From: Flaccisagitta enflata
Taxonomy: Eukaryota
Assembly: GCA_965153355.1 (NCBI GenBank)
Contig: OZ231126.1
Coordinates: 15,376,001 to 15,440,000, forward strand
DNA length: 64,000 nucleotides
Reading direction: 5' to 3'
How positions within the stretch are numbered: the first letter of the stretch is position 1; each line of letters opens with the position of its first letter. Made by a program: the position numbers and the translations under genes. Under the pieces are notes generated by a model. It was not told the DNA's origin, made no database searches, and worked only from the letters and a program-made list of their open reading frames with translations. Of the stretch, positions 11,901 through 24,185 are shown in pieces.

Positions 11901-14055
11901 TTAAAATCAGTCAAACAGAAAAAATTTAAAATACTTTTTCCTGTCTCTTCCACTCACCTACCAAAGGGTGCGACTTTTTTTATACGCATGCACGCGACTC
12001 TACAACCCACTCTGTCCGTCTGTCAGTCTGTTGGCCCATCCGTCCGTCCGTAACGCTTAGCTTTTTTCCGACGTTTTTCGCTATTTTAAGTCATTTTAAG
12101 ACATTTTAAGTTAATTCAAGTCAATTTACATTTCGTCTCTTAGTCTTTTGGTCTTTTAGTCTTTTTGTCTATTGGTCTTAACAACCGCACGCGACTGTAA
12201 AGGGTTGTCCTTGTTATTTGCATAGTATTAGTGTATTACACTTTTTATTGTTGTTTACACAAGATTTTTCGCATTAATGAGTAATTCATGCAACTGAAAT
12301 AACCTTCATCCACAATCTTTAAAAAATCTGAAAGGGTTTCATTCCAGCTTCTTTTTCTCTTCACGTGATTCGTGAGTATTGCGAAGAAAAAAAGATCTTG
12401 TGGAAGTGCTGTGTAATAAAAATTGGGCCATCTCTTTAATCTTATTGAAGCCAAAAATCAAACAGCTTTTGGAATTTGATAGTAATCATGAGTTCTTTAA
12501 AATGTTAATACTGAATATATTTTTTGAAATAAATGTTTGTTAATGAAATTCGTTATATAAATATATAATTCGAAGAATGACAATATTTCATGGAAGAACA
12601 AGGCCGGATACACGGCCATCAGTTGCGGACGGGTGGGCAGGGGCGGAAATGCGCGTTTTCCCACTTTTTGACTCGATGGTTACGGACGGACCAACGGACG
12701 GACCAACAGACGGATGGACAAAGCCTCTTATAGAGTTGCGTGTCCGCAACTAAAAACAAGTTTTTCCATAAGATTTGGCCCAATTCTTTGAAAACCAGTC
12801 TCAAGCGTTTTCTTCAGATGTGGCAGAGTGTTAGTGATGGTATATTTTTCATGCACTTTGATCGGCCATGGAGTTAGCTGAGTTGCAAAACAAACCTGAT
12901 GATAAGCTTGCTAGGTAACTTTTTTCTTTTTTTGCAAAGAGGTAAATAAATCTGATCTGAGTGAAATTTTCATAACATGTAAGGGAGAAAGAAAGATTTA
13001 GGACAAGACTGGATACATGGCTACCCCAGTCGCGTTTGGGTAAGGGAAAAAGAAAGATTTAGGGTAACAAAGCCTGATACACGGCTACCCCAGTCGCGTG
13101 CGGGTGGGAAGCAGCAGTGCTGGAGAAGGTCACTGAAGCATTTGGGCTGGAGCAGTAGGCTTAAAAAGTTAAAAACCGCCAAAAAAAGTGAAAAGGGGAC
13201 CGATTGACCATCCAACCAACCAACAAAAAGAGCGGGCTGTAGAGTCGCGTAGCACGCGACTAACAAGACTGGATACACGGCTACCCCAGTTGCGTTTGGG
13301 TGGGCAGGAGCAGTGCAGGAGAAGGTCACAAGAGCATTTGTGCAGGAGCAGTACGCTAAAAAAGCTCAAAAACGCCAAAAAAGTAAAAGGGAGACCAACC
13401 GACTGACCGACCAATAGACCGACATAGCGGGGTATAGAGTCGTGTAACACGCGACGAAAAAGAAATGAGACAAACAAGAGACGAGGTCCCAATATCCAAA
13501 TATCATTGCGGGTGGGTGTGCAGGGGCATCCAACTCTCATCCACAACCCATGACATTCCCCACCAACACACTCATAATTGCATCTAAAACTCAGGTTTTT
13601 CATTAGATCATCACAGAAGGACAGATGGACAGACTGACGGATGTATAAGGCCTCTCATAGAGTTGTGTTTCCGCCACAAAAAGAAAAAATAAATAAAAAG
13701 GTAGGAAGAAAGGTAGAAACGCAGATTAAAGAAAGAAGCACTTACTGAAGAAGACCTCAGTGAGTTAAAATCATATGCGAGAAAGAAGCTCAATATCTGA
13801 CAGCTATGAAAGTTTGGAAGACGGACAGGCACACAAAACATCTGAGATATGGTAATTAGTAATTGTTCCCCTCCACCTATCCACCATGAAAAACAATCCA
13901 TTTTATTCCACTTAACCTACCTAAAAACTGTCTACAAAACCCAACCCTAATGGAGCAAATAACACCTGACGTCCTTTTACCCGACTCAGGCCCACTATGA
14001 TGTTATCTAAATAAAAATGATTTGTTCCATCTTGAACATGGATTTGAGACAACAT
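5567..14055 (-). CDS. Predicted spliced gene: divergent SGNH/GDSL hydrolase-like domain plus Q/N/A-rich repeat tail (~280 aa; 5' end uncertain)
   Basis: Exons 14055(or 14006)-13966, 12877-12796, 12408-12304, 9594-9364 and 5901-5567; GT-AG introns with phases 0,1,1,1, all compatible; 843 nt. Motif order IIVGLS...FFFAILTNH...VYEVIP...FNVKLAAFCQSNGIHFIE...DDPIH fits SGNH blocks I, III and V. Confidence 0.72.
6605..8142. mobile_element. TIR element with ~190-bp imperfect inverted arms hosting nested insertions
   Basis: 6605-6795 (tagaatttcatccacc...gaatgagctcagtccatcaaaaattttctctggtcaatattt) is the reverse complement of ~7960-8142. Confidence 0.75.
6806..7378. mobile_element. Palindromic MITE, family CAGYAGATGYYGTCTAGAC
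   Basis: ta|cagcagatgttgtctagacttggaaata ... tatttccaagtctagatgacatctattg; near-complete foldback. Confidence 0.8.
9364..9594 (-). CDS. SGNH-like gene exon (block V, DPIH)
   Basis: gattag|TG AGA AAA...ATC ATG G|gtaaat; RKSGSKMGVYEVIPILWKNVQPFNVKLAAFCQSNGIHFIETNIQPHHLKEDDPIHIHDHAQNIVFQDLKGGINLIM. Confidence 0.8.
10025..10278 (+). mobile_element. HINE/DINE-1-like non-autonomous Helentron, family 2 (subTIR AGTTGCGGAC)
   Basis: T-run, agttgcggacacgtaact, (GTCC/GTCG)n, gtccgcaac, stem-loop gtgaccccgcgtcac, ttgtt. Related copies at 7404-7628, 9745-9985, 23931-24104, 28353-28569, 52129-52345; minus strand at 12598-12755, 13478-13680, 38994-39232. Confidence 0.8.
10562..10925 (+). repeat. 13-bp minisatellite (TCAAACGGCGTGG)n
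   Basis: More than 20 tandem units with positional variants (tcgaatgg at the left, tcaaacggcgttg then tcaaatggcattt at the right). Confidence 0.95.
10920..11710 (+). repeat. ~170-bp tandem repeat array (4-5 diverged units)
   Basis: Recurring catatgttgagtccttccattt...aaatttcaaccaaatt...gaaaaatgc...ttttaggctggtagg...catgctaaaa starting near 10923, 11241, 11414 and 11575. Confidence 0.85.
12304..12408 (-). CDS. SGNH-like gene exon (block III, LTNH)
   Basis: tttttattacacag|CA CTT CCA...GAT GAA G|gttatt; LPQDLFFFAILTNHVKRKRSWNETLSDFLKIVDE. Confidence 0.72.
12796..12877 (-). CDS. SGNH-like gene exon (block II region)
   Basis: gtttgttttgcaactcag|CTA ACT CCA TGG...GAG ACT G|gttttc; LTPWPIKVHEKYTITNTLPHLKKTLET. 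Confidence 0.62.
13966..14055 (-). CDS. SGNH-like gene exon with block I (IIVGLSRVKG)
   Basis: MLSQIHVQDGTNHFYLDNIIVGLSRVKGRQ|gtgtta. An alternative acceptor tttatttag| before 14006 is phase-compatible with an upstream exon ending at 14795 (ATG ACA AAA ACT ACA A|gtaaaa). Confidence 0.6.
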
Positions 14056-14173
14056 ATTGATCTCAACGAATCGATTCGGTTTTCTTGGTTTTCTGTACCT
14101 GTTCGCGATTGTGTCAAGTATTTTTAAACTATTGCATTGACTTTAGAATACGCCATAACTTGGCTCCAAAATA

Positions 14174-14558
14174 CAGTAGATTCCGTCTGGACTAGAGATA
14201 ACGGGGGCAAGCATTGTGTAAAGACAAATGAAGCTAGGAGAGTGATATTTTGGATATAGACTAATAAAAGGATATATAGTTACGCTCTCTAGCAACGACC
14301 AAACAAGCGACATTCTTACAGAACATACTGTGGGGATAGTTGTTGCAAATTTGATTTTAAGCAATGTTCCATGAAAAATTTTTTCAAAATGTTGATAATT
14401 TTGCGAGAATACATGAAAATGTGTTTCCATGGCAACCAGCTATCATAGAGAATAAAACATACTTTTATTAATTTATATTCCAAATATCACTCTTCTAGCA
14501 TTATTTGTTCTCCCACAATGCTTACCCCTGTTATCTCAAGTCTAGACGGAATCTACTG
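14174..14558. mobile_element. MITE of the same family with TA target duplication
   Basis: TA|cagtagattccgtctggactagagataac ... gttatctcaagtctagacggaatctactg|TA. Confidence 0.85.
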
Positions 14559-15629
14559 TATCTTTTTTTAAATTTATGGGTACAAGTCTTTGTTGCTTTT
14601 ACGACTACACGTTTACACAGCTTAACAATAACATTCAGTGTTTATTGTTACATTATCATTTTTAAATCTTAAATCTTTGACGATTTGAAGCCTAACGTTC
14701 TTATAAAATTGGTTCTTAAAAAAAAAAAAAGTATATTGTTCATTCATTCATACGTGGCTACTATCAAAAGCGATGTTCTTTTGCATAATTTTACTTGTAG
14801 TTTTTGTCATCAGATGTCCTTGACGACTGAGATAATCCTCGCCTCGTATTCAGAAGAACAAAAGAATAAAAAAGGAAGAAATACGAATAGTCGCAAAAGC
14901 GTTAGATGGTCAGCGGTACCCGCGCCCTGCCTTTGTAGGTTGTGGTTAAAGTTGAGGGGGGAGCAGGGAAGCGGCCTGTAGTGGTCAATGACCTATGCTT
15001 TCACACAGGGGAATTTTCTCCTCCTCCTCCTCCGTTCTCCCTCCCCCCACCCCCAGGCCCATATCTCAGCCTCAAAGCCCATATCCCAGCCTCGAGGCCC
15101 AGATCCCAGTCTTGAGGCCCAAATCCCTTGAGGCTGGAATTCGAGCCTCAAAGAAAGGATTTTGGCTGTAAGATGGGATTTGGGCTTTGAGGTTGGGATT
15201 TGGACCTCAAGACTGGGATATGGACCTCAAGGCTGGGATATGAGCGTCAAGGCTGAAATATGGGCCTGGAGGTGGGGGGGGGGTACAAAGAAAGAGAAGG
15301 AGAAAATTTCTGAGTGAAAGCATAGGTCATCAACCCCCTCGGGGCCGCTGCCCAAAAAGGACATTTAGAAAAAGAAACAAGGCAGAGAAAAAAAAGAGAA
15401 AGAAGGCAGTATAAATAGATAGAACGATAAAAAGAACAAGTTCATTTGTCGTGCTCATGGGCATTTTCACAAAAGGTCGAGCAGACTGACAGGCAGACAG
15501 TCTGGTATTTTCAAAATCGCCTAAGAATTAGCGGTCTCCGCCTCCCAGTGTATTCTGCAATGTTAAAAAGTGAAAAATGCCTTTAAATTGCTTGACAGAC
15601 AGACAGACAGACAAAAAAGTGGCTTAAAG

Positions 15630-15639
15630 NNNNNNNNNN
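15630..15639. other. Assembly gap (10 N)
   Basis: Run of n. Confidence 1.
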
Positions 15640-15927
15640 CCTGTCCACCCGCATCACCACCCCTGCTCACCCGCAAGCGACTGTCTATGGGCCGTGTATC
15701 CGGCCTTGTTATTTTTTTGCAGGCCAATGCTTCATTTGGTGCTGTTGCCCAAAAGCTACAATGGCGAAGAACAAAGCTTCTAAAAGATTCATCGAACGGA
15801 GCACCACCTTAAAATTGTTCAAAAACAACGGAGGGTTAAAAAGTTGCAACCTTTCCTCTCTCATGTAAAGCAAATAAAGACACTTTTCCCAATTTCGATA
15901 AGAACTTGAAAGAAAGAGAAAGAGAGA

Positions 15928-16192
<265 letters not shown>

Positions 16193-16809
16193 CGAAAGTA
16201 AATTGCCTCAAAGATGACTGGCTCAAGGTGAAATGTTCTTTAAAAAGTACAAAGCGAAATTCTGCACAATCACGACAGACACAAACGGGAGAGATATTAT
16301 CATAATAACAGTAATAATAAAGCATCACTGATTTGACATTGGTGATGAAGAGAACCTGTTGATCCGGCGCAGCGAACGAACTGCTTCTAGATGCCGCCGC
16401 GAAAAACACTTCAGACACTCTAATGACGATTTGAGACAGAGAAAACGTGAGAAGAACTAAAACCAGGTTTCTTGCGCGGGTTTCAATGACCTGGAGAAAG
16501 CACACAGTAGATGCCGTCTAGACTTGGAAGTATGGGGAGCTCATGCTCATAACATGAGTACAAAAAAAGTAGATTGCTGAAAATAAGCAAAATTAGTGAT
16601 AATTATATTTTGATAGGTTCACAGTAGGCTTTTGCTCCGTCTTTGGCATGCTCAGGAAATTAAAATTGTTTCATTCAAAATTTTACAATTACTAATACTT
16701 GGAAAAAAAAAAATAATACAACTAATAATCAACAAGTGAAATTGCATCATTTCATATTGAGATTGCTGCAGACGCTTAGAATTGTTCAGCAAAGTTTAAG
16801 TCTCTATAT

Positions 16810-17002
16810 TTTTAGTCGCATGCACGCGACTCTACAACCCGCCGGTCCGCTCTGGCGGTCAGTTGGTCGGTTGGTCACACTTTACTTTTTTTATGATTTT
16901 TTTTCTTTGACCTCACTGCTCCTGCCCAAATGACCTTGTGGCCTCAAATATGGCCCCTGCCCACCCGCACGCGACTTTAGTTACCGTGTATCTGGCCTCG
17001 TT
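16810..17002 (+). mobile_element. HINE family 1 (subTIR AGTCGCGTGC), present in copy A only
   Basis: ttttagtcgcatgcacgcgact...cccgcacgcgact...ccgtgtatctggcctcgtt; empty site tctctatatttatcttatt at ~43217-43235. Confidence 0.85.
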
Positions 17003-19140
17003 CTTATTTAAAAGCAGAGGAAAAAATAATGAAAACTTTAGAATTAAATTTCCCGTCAGCTTTTAGTTCTCTCTTTTTAATTTCCATAGAGCAGCATTGA
17101 TAACTGATACTATCATAGTTCTTTTAAAAATGAACGAAGTTTTATCATTGAAAGATCACTGTTTTGATAAGAAATCAAACCATAAAAACACCGTGCCAAA
17201 TGACGTCAATGCAAAACCAGTTTATGATACAAACTCAAAATCAAAATCATTATAAATCACAGGATAACCAAAACCAAATACAAAAACCACAAGCTTAAAC
17301 TATGGATGTGTTCAATCAAATCAAAGGTGGTTTTGATCAAGTGATCTGTCATACTGCATTATCAATCCTTCAAAGTATAAACTTATACATTTCAGATCAG
17401 TTACCCATGTTACGTGCGGGTGAGGAGGTACAAGGATAGATAAGGCTAAACAAGTATTTGGGCAGGAGCAGTAACGCAAAAACGCCTGTTACCCCTTAAA
17501 TAACTAAGAATGACTGACTGACAGACGGACGGACCAACAGACAGACATAGCGGGTCATAGAGTCGCGTGCACACAATTAAAAAGACCACATGATAAAAAC
17601 AAGTAAGGAAGAAGCCATTCAGATCTTCTCTCAGACATTTCATAGGTTTGAAAGGCATGTCGTAGCTCTGTCAAATCTGGTAAGTCACACATCCTGTCTA
17701 CCCTATGTTAGATGAAGAGGTAAAGAGTAAAGACTAAAGAGACTGTGTTGACTCGTTGAGGTTGTTTGATGCGTTTCTCAGCAGAAAGTAAGAATGAATG
17801 AATGAATGAATGAATGAATGAATGAATGAATGAATGAATGAATGAATGAATGAATGAATGAATGAATGAATGAATGAATAAAAGAAAGGAAGAAAGAAAG
17901 AAATTGAAAAACTGAGGAGGGTAAACTGAGGTAAGCGCAACTCTACAGTTGTCCAAGATTCATACAGAAAGACGCACAGAAATAAAAGAAAAACAGATAA
18001 ATCAACTTTGTGTTTTTTTTTTCCTTTTTTTCTTTCTTTTTTTAATGATTATTTTTATTTGTGTAAGGGGGAATGCGGAGGGAGAGGGGAAAGGGAGGAG
18101 AAGGAAAGATGATCAAATAATTAAGAAGGACTTTTGCGTAGTGTGGTTGGCATGCAGATCAATCTCTGCCCAATGCGATGGAAGATAAATCGGGATGCTC
18201 TATGGAATTGTTTCATGGGCAAAATTGAGAGAGGAAGGGGATAGAGAAAAGGCAGAGATGATGAGCGGAGGCAGAGGGTGAGAGGGAAGGGAGAGTGAAA
18301 TGGTGGAAAAGGGGGAGAAAGTAATAATAGGGGGGGAGAAGACAAGGGAATGAATGGGAGGGAGATGAAAGAAGGAGGAGATAAAGGTGGAGAAGAAGGA
18401 AGAGATAAAGGTGGAGATGGAGCACAGGTAAAAGAGGTGAAAGGATGGTAGGATGGTAGGATGGCAGGATTGTAGGAAGGAAAGAAAGACAGGCAGGGAA
18501 GGAAGGAAAGGAAGGAGGGACAGAGGGGAAAGATGGGTATTGGGTAAGCATGGACAGGGTAAAAGGTGGGAGCCCGGGAGGGTTGGAAAACTGAACACGG
18601 AGTGAAGAGAAGAGAAGAAGGTGGGATGGAAGGAGGGAAGGGAGATGAGATGATGGGGAGGGGAGAAAGGAAAGGATAGCTGTTGAGTCTGTTGAGATAG
18701 GTAAGAATGAGAAAGACAGCGGTAAGGTTCATGAAGGACTTTTGATGAAGTTGGAGGCGGAAAATGAGCTTCAGATACTTAATGAGAAAGAAAGATAAGT
18801 GCCTCTACGGCAGGAAAGGCAAATTAAAAAAGAACATGAGCAACGTAGATCTAACTTCTCGCTACTCTTTGGATACTGCTTAAGTTTTGTCTTGGGTTAT
18901 CTAAAAATGAATTTCTTTTTGCATGCCAGAATGAATATTTCTAGAATTTTGTCATGAGTTGGTGATCGTCAAGAACGGCCAAAATGCAGCTTTCCATGGA
19001 GGGAGTAGGAAGGAGATGAGAGCTTGAGGGCTCTCCTTGATTGGAGGGGAAAAGGAGAAAAGGAGGGCATATGGACATTGGAATGATGGAAAATCAATGG
19101 GACGTGAAATAAACTGGAAGAGGGAGGGGGGATTAGTAAT

Positions 19141-19323
<183 letters not shown>

Positions 19324-20392
19324 TCGATTGTTATCTTAAAAGTTTGATAATAAATGATGTTGGATTGGGTTTTGTGTGTGTTTGGTTGGCGTGGTGGTTT
19401 CACTGGTTTGACGTTCAGCGAATGATGACGTATGAGAACCTCTGATCTCCACATCAATCTCTCCACGCGTCGCGCCTCAGGTTCTCCTCCTCCTCCTCCT
19501 CTTTTTCCTCCTCATCCTCCTTCTTTCTCGGTATCTTCCTCTGTCTTCTCCTCTATTTCCTCCTCTTCTTCATGTCTGCCCACGCCTGTTGGTCTCCGTA
19601 TCTCTCCGACCACCCCGACCATTATACCATTTGTGGTTTGGGTTTACCCTGACCCAAGGGAAGAAAGGGAGGAATAGAAAGTAGAGGTGGAAAAGAAGAA
19701 CAAGAACTAGGACAAGGAGAAGAACATGAACAAGAACATAAAGAAACAAAAAGAACATAAACATAAAGATCATAAACAAAAGTAGAAACAGATGAAGAAA
19801 AAAGGAAGAAGAAGACGAAGATAGTAGAAGAAGAAGAAGAAGAAGAAGAAGAAGAAGAAGAAGAAGAAGAAGAAGAAGAAGAAGAAGAAGAAGAAGAAGA
19901 AGAAGAAGAAGAAGAAGAATAAGAAGAAGAAAAAAATTCGAATCCGTTCACCAAACATCCTCTATGTTCGCATTCACCAACGAACTTGTTCGTACGCACA
20001 CACGAAATGACACGCACGCGCGCACCCAAACACGCGCACGCACGAACGGACGAAAGGAGATATGACGATCGTCTCGATTGTCTTGGTCTAGCTCGGGTCA
20101 CGCGGCACTCGGACAAGACGCTGGCGATGGGAACCGCCATCGACGATTTGCTGTGACGACTCCACGCAGTTGATGAATCGAAGGCGATAAATATACGTCT
20201 TCTACATTCTCATCCTCTTCTTCCTCTTCCTCTTCTTCTTCCTCTTCTCCGTCTTCCTCCGTTTCTTCTAACTTCCTCCACCTCCTTACGTCAAAATCCT
20301 TTCTTCTTTCCTTTCCTCCTTTCTTTCCTCCTTTATATGTTTAGTTGATTACAATGACAGGTGACAGATCGTGAAAACGTGGAGAGAAGGAG

Positions 20393-20486
<94 letters not shown>

Positions 20487-20576
20487 TGTCAGACAGACAG
20501 ATAGACAGACAGACAGAGACAGAGGGACAGAGAGGGAGAGACAAAGAGACGGAGAGAGAGAGAAAAAGAAAGAAAA

Positions 20577-20760
<184 letters not shown>

Positions 20761-20766
20761 AAAAAA

Positions 20767-20802
<36 letters not shown>

Positions 20803-20852
20803 GAAACAAAGAAAGAAAGAAAGATAGAAAGAAAGAAAGAAAGAAAGAAAAA

Positions 20853-20911
<59 letters not shown>

Positions 20912-20912
<1 letters not shown>

Positions 20913-21479
20913 ACAAGTCATCCAAGGATCGCACATGGTCAGCGGTACCCGATGCCCTGCTTGGAGTGATCAACTGAAGAAGTTGAGTGAGAGCAGGGCA
21001 GCGGCCCCAAAGGACCGATGTCCTGTAGGACACAGGGGTGAATTTCCTTACGTCCTGAGATTCCTAGGAAGGCGAATTTCAGGCCTTTTGGACAATTTTC
21101 CATGATATTCAATTAGAGTTTTATATTTTTTTACAATTTTTTATCTATAATCCATGTTATTCAATGAGAATTTCATCTTTTTTTTATTTTTTCATCAATT
21201 TTCCATGTTGTTCTATAGGAATTTTGCATTTTATTTTATCTTTTATCCATTTTCTATGTTATTTGATAGGAAATTTATATTTTTCTATTTTTTTTGTAAA
21301 TTTTCCATGTTATTCAATGGGATGTTTGCATTTTGTCATTTTCCCATGTTATTCAATGGGAATTTGAGAATTGAGAAACTTGGGGGGGACGTACGGACGG
21401 ACGTACGTACGTACGGACGTAAGGAAATTCACCCCTGTGTCCTACAGGACATCGGCCCTTTGGGGCCGCTGCCCAAAAA
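20912..21479 (-). mobile_element. HINE family 3 (subTIR TGGGCAGCGGCCCC) with central AT-rich repeats
   Basis: Ends aacaagtcatccaaggatcgcacatggtcagcggtaccc and ggggccgctgcccaaaaa; central repeats of ttccatgttattcaatgg. Copy B keeps only the last ~30 bp (47767-47795). Confidence 0.8.
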
Positions 21480-21716
21480 GGAGAGAGTATCTACGGCAGC
21501 CAAAAAGGAGTTCACGGGATCATCGGTCGGTAATTTTGTCACTGTTGCATCGTCTCGAGATTCGAGGAGAGATTTCGATGAGCGGGAGTCCATTGGCCGA
21601 TGCATCCGCAATTTCCGGCAGCTTCGGCCAAAACCGGCAACAATTTTGACTCATGGTGTGCCGGAATGGCACTTTGGGGAAGAATAAATCTTGTCCCTGC
21701 TCATCGATTGGAAATG

Positions 21717-22185
<469 letters not shown>

Positions 22186-22937
22186 AGCAGACAGACAAAA
22201 GAGACATAAGAAAAAGTGACAAGGTGACAAAGAAAGACAAAGAGAGACAAAGAGAAGGGGAGATGAGCAAAGGAGAATAATATTTGAATGAAAGAACAAT
22301 TGAAAGACAGAAAGAACGAAACATAAGGTCGCGAACACGGAAAACTACAGATGGAATGACGGATGATTATCAGGCACATGCATCCAACACGGAAAATAAT
22401 TTCATCAATATTCAACGAAACGACCAGTAGTAATAAAAACGCCAAAGTAGGGCTAATTTGCATAATGAAGTTATTGAATGGATAGGATTTAAAGTGTATC
22501 CACGTCATGACTACACTCAAACTTTTAAAAGTACGCATCAAATAATTGTATCGTATGATAGTTAATGCTAGACAACAGCGCAATCATTTCATTGACATGT
22601 CAACCTTTGTATCGTAGTGCCATACGATTCGCAACGTCTTAGGTTCTTAGTTTTTTTTATATTTACAAAGAAAATCGAAATGCGATGGAATCTTGCGACA
22701 CCTGTTGCTTCCGACACTTGATGCAATGATATTAGTAGGCTACCCCTCTGCTGCGAAACTGGCGATTTTGTCGCTATTTCTAGCGAATTTTGGGGCCTCC
22801 TAGCGACAACCTTTTGCCATCTGGCGACTAGCGAATCATCTAGCGATTTTCCATGAGACACCTAGCGAATCTAGCTATTTCTAGCAGATTCTAGCTATTG
22901 CTAGCTAATATTCGCTATTTTCTAAAAAATACTCGCT

Positions 22938-23714
22938 TTTTGGGCAGCGGCCCCAAAGGGCCGATGTCCTGTAGAACACAGGGGTGAATTTCCATACGTC
23001 CGTCCGTCCGTCCTTCCGTCCGTCCCCCCCCTTCAGAGGCCTGAGGCCCTCATCCAGCCTACTGGGGCCTGAAATCTGGTCTCTAGAGCATAAAATCAGC
23101 CCTCTCAGGCCCCAAATCAGCTCTTGTACGCCCCAAATCAGTCCTCTCAGGCCCATAATCAGGCCTCTTAAGCCCATAATCTCGCCTCCCAGCCTGGGAC
23201 CCAGGCATGAAACCAGCATTCCCAGGCATGAAACCAGCCATCCTTGACCAAAGTCTTAGACCTGAAATTGCCTCTCTCAGGCTTGAAATCAACCCTCTTG
23301 GACCCATAATCAGGCCTCTTAAGCCCACAATCTCGCCTCCCAGCCTGGGACCCAGGCATGAAACCAGCATTCCCAGGCATGAAACCAGCCATCCTTGACC
23401 AAAGTCTTAGACCTGAAATTGCCTCTCTCAGGCTTGAAATCAACCCTCTCGGACCTGAAATCAGCCCTCATCTGGTCATAATCAGCCTTCACTGGGCTGA
23501 ATTCAGCCTTGTTGGCTGGAATCAAACCTCTGGGATATGGTCAAATCTTTTCAGACCCCCACCTCTTCCCAGGACGTATGGAAATTCACCCCTGTGTTCT
23601 ACAGACATCGGTCCTTTGGGCCGCTGCCCTGCTTTTCACCTCACCTCTTCACCTAAACACTCCAAGCAGGGCAACGGGTACCGCTGACCATGTGCGATCC
23701 TTGGATGACTTGTT
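22938..23714 (+). mobile_element. HINE family 3 with ~21-bp central repeats and a ~151-bp internal duplication
   Basis: ttttgggcagcggccccaaagggccgatgtcctgtag...gggccgctgccctgc...ccgctgaccatgtgcgatccttggatgacttgtt. Relatives at 14886-15358(-), ~8560-8820, 38220-38643(-), 50655-51876. Confidence 0.82.
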
Positions 23715-24185
23715 TAACTAGATTTTACCAATTATCCTCTTTTCTACTCTGTACTTCAGTTGTAAATCAACTGTGTGATGACCAGATTGTAAAGTTTTTG
23801 AACCTGTTTGTTACCATTTGGACTAATCATTTTTGCTAGTTAATGACTGGTGGTTGAGAAAGGCCCTATGATTCCGGATATCGACACTAGCTTTGTCAAA
23901 AACGATCAGAATGAGCAATCGTGAAATGGTTTTTAGTTGTGGACGCACAACTCTGTAAGAGGCTTTGTCCATCCATTGGTCCATCTGTAGATCCATCCGT
24001 CCGTTAGCATGAGTGTGGGGTTGAGGGATGGGTTAGGTCCAAAGGGGGGTTGGATGCCCCTGCCCACCCATCCGCAACGATATTGTGACCCCACGTCACT
24101 TGTTTGCATTCTATTCTATATGACTCTTACAACACATTGATTAACAGGAAACTAATGATTTTTTTTGACAATCGACTCCTAGATA

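Noticed and set aside
5567-14055. Calling the SGNH-like gene oskar, or an intact LINE ORF1
   Set aside because: No LOTUS domain is seen and the putative Ser and His are retained; it has spliceosomal introns and no adjacent endonuclease or reverse transcriptase ORF.
18121-18732. 203-aa Pro/Ser/Phe-rich minus-strand ORF, also open in copy B (44939-45529)
   Set aside because: It reads a polypyrimidine tract that is naturally poor in stops and is open in all three frames.
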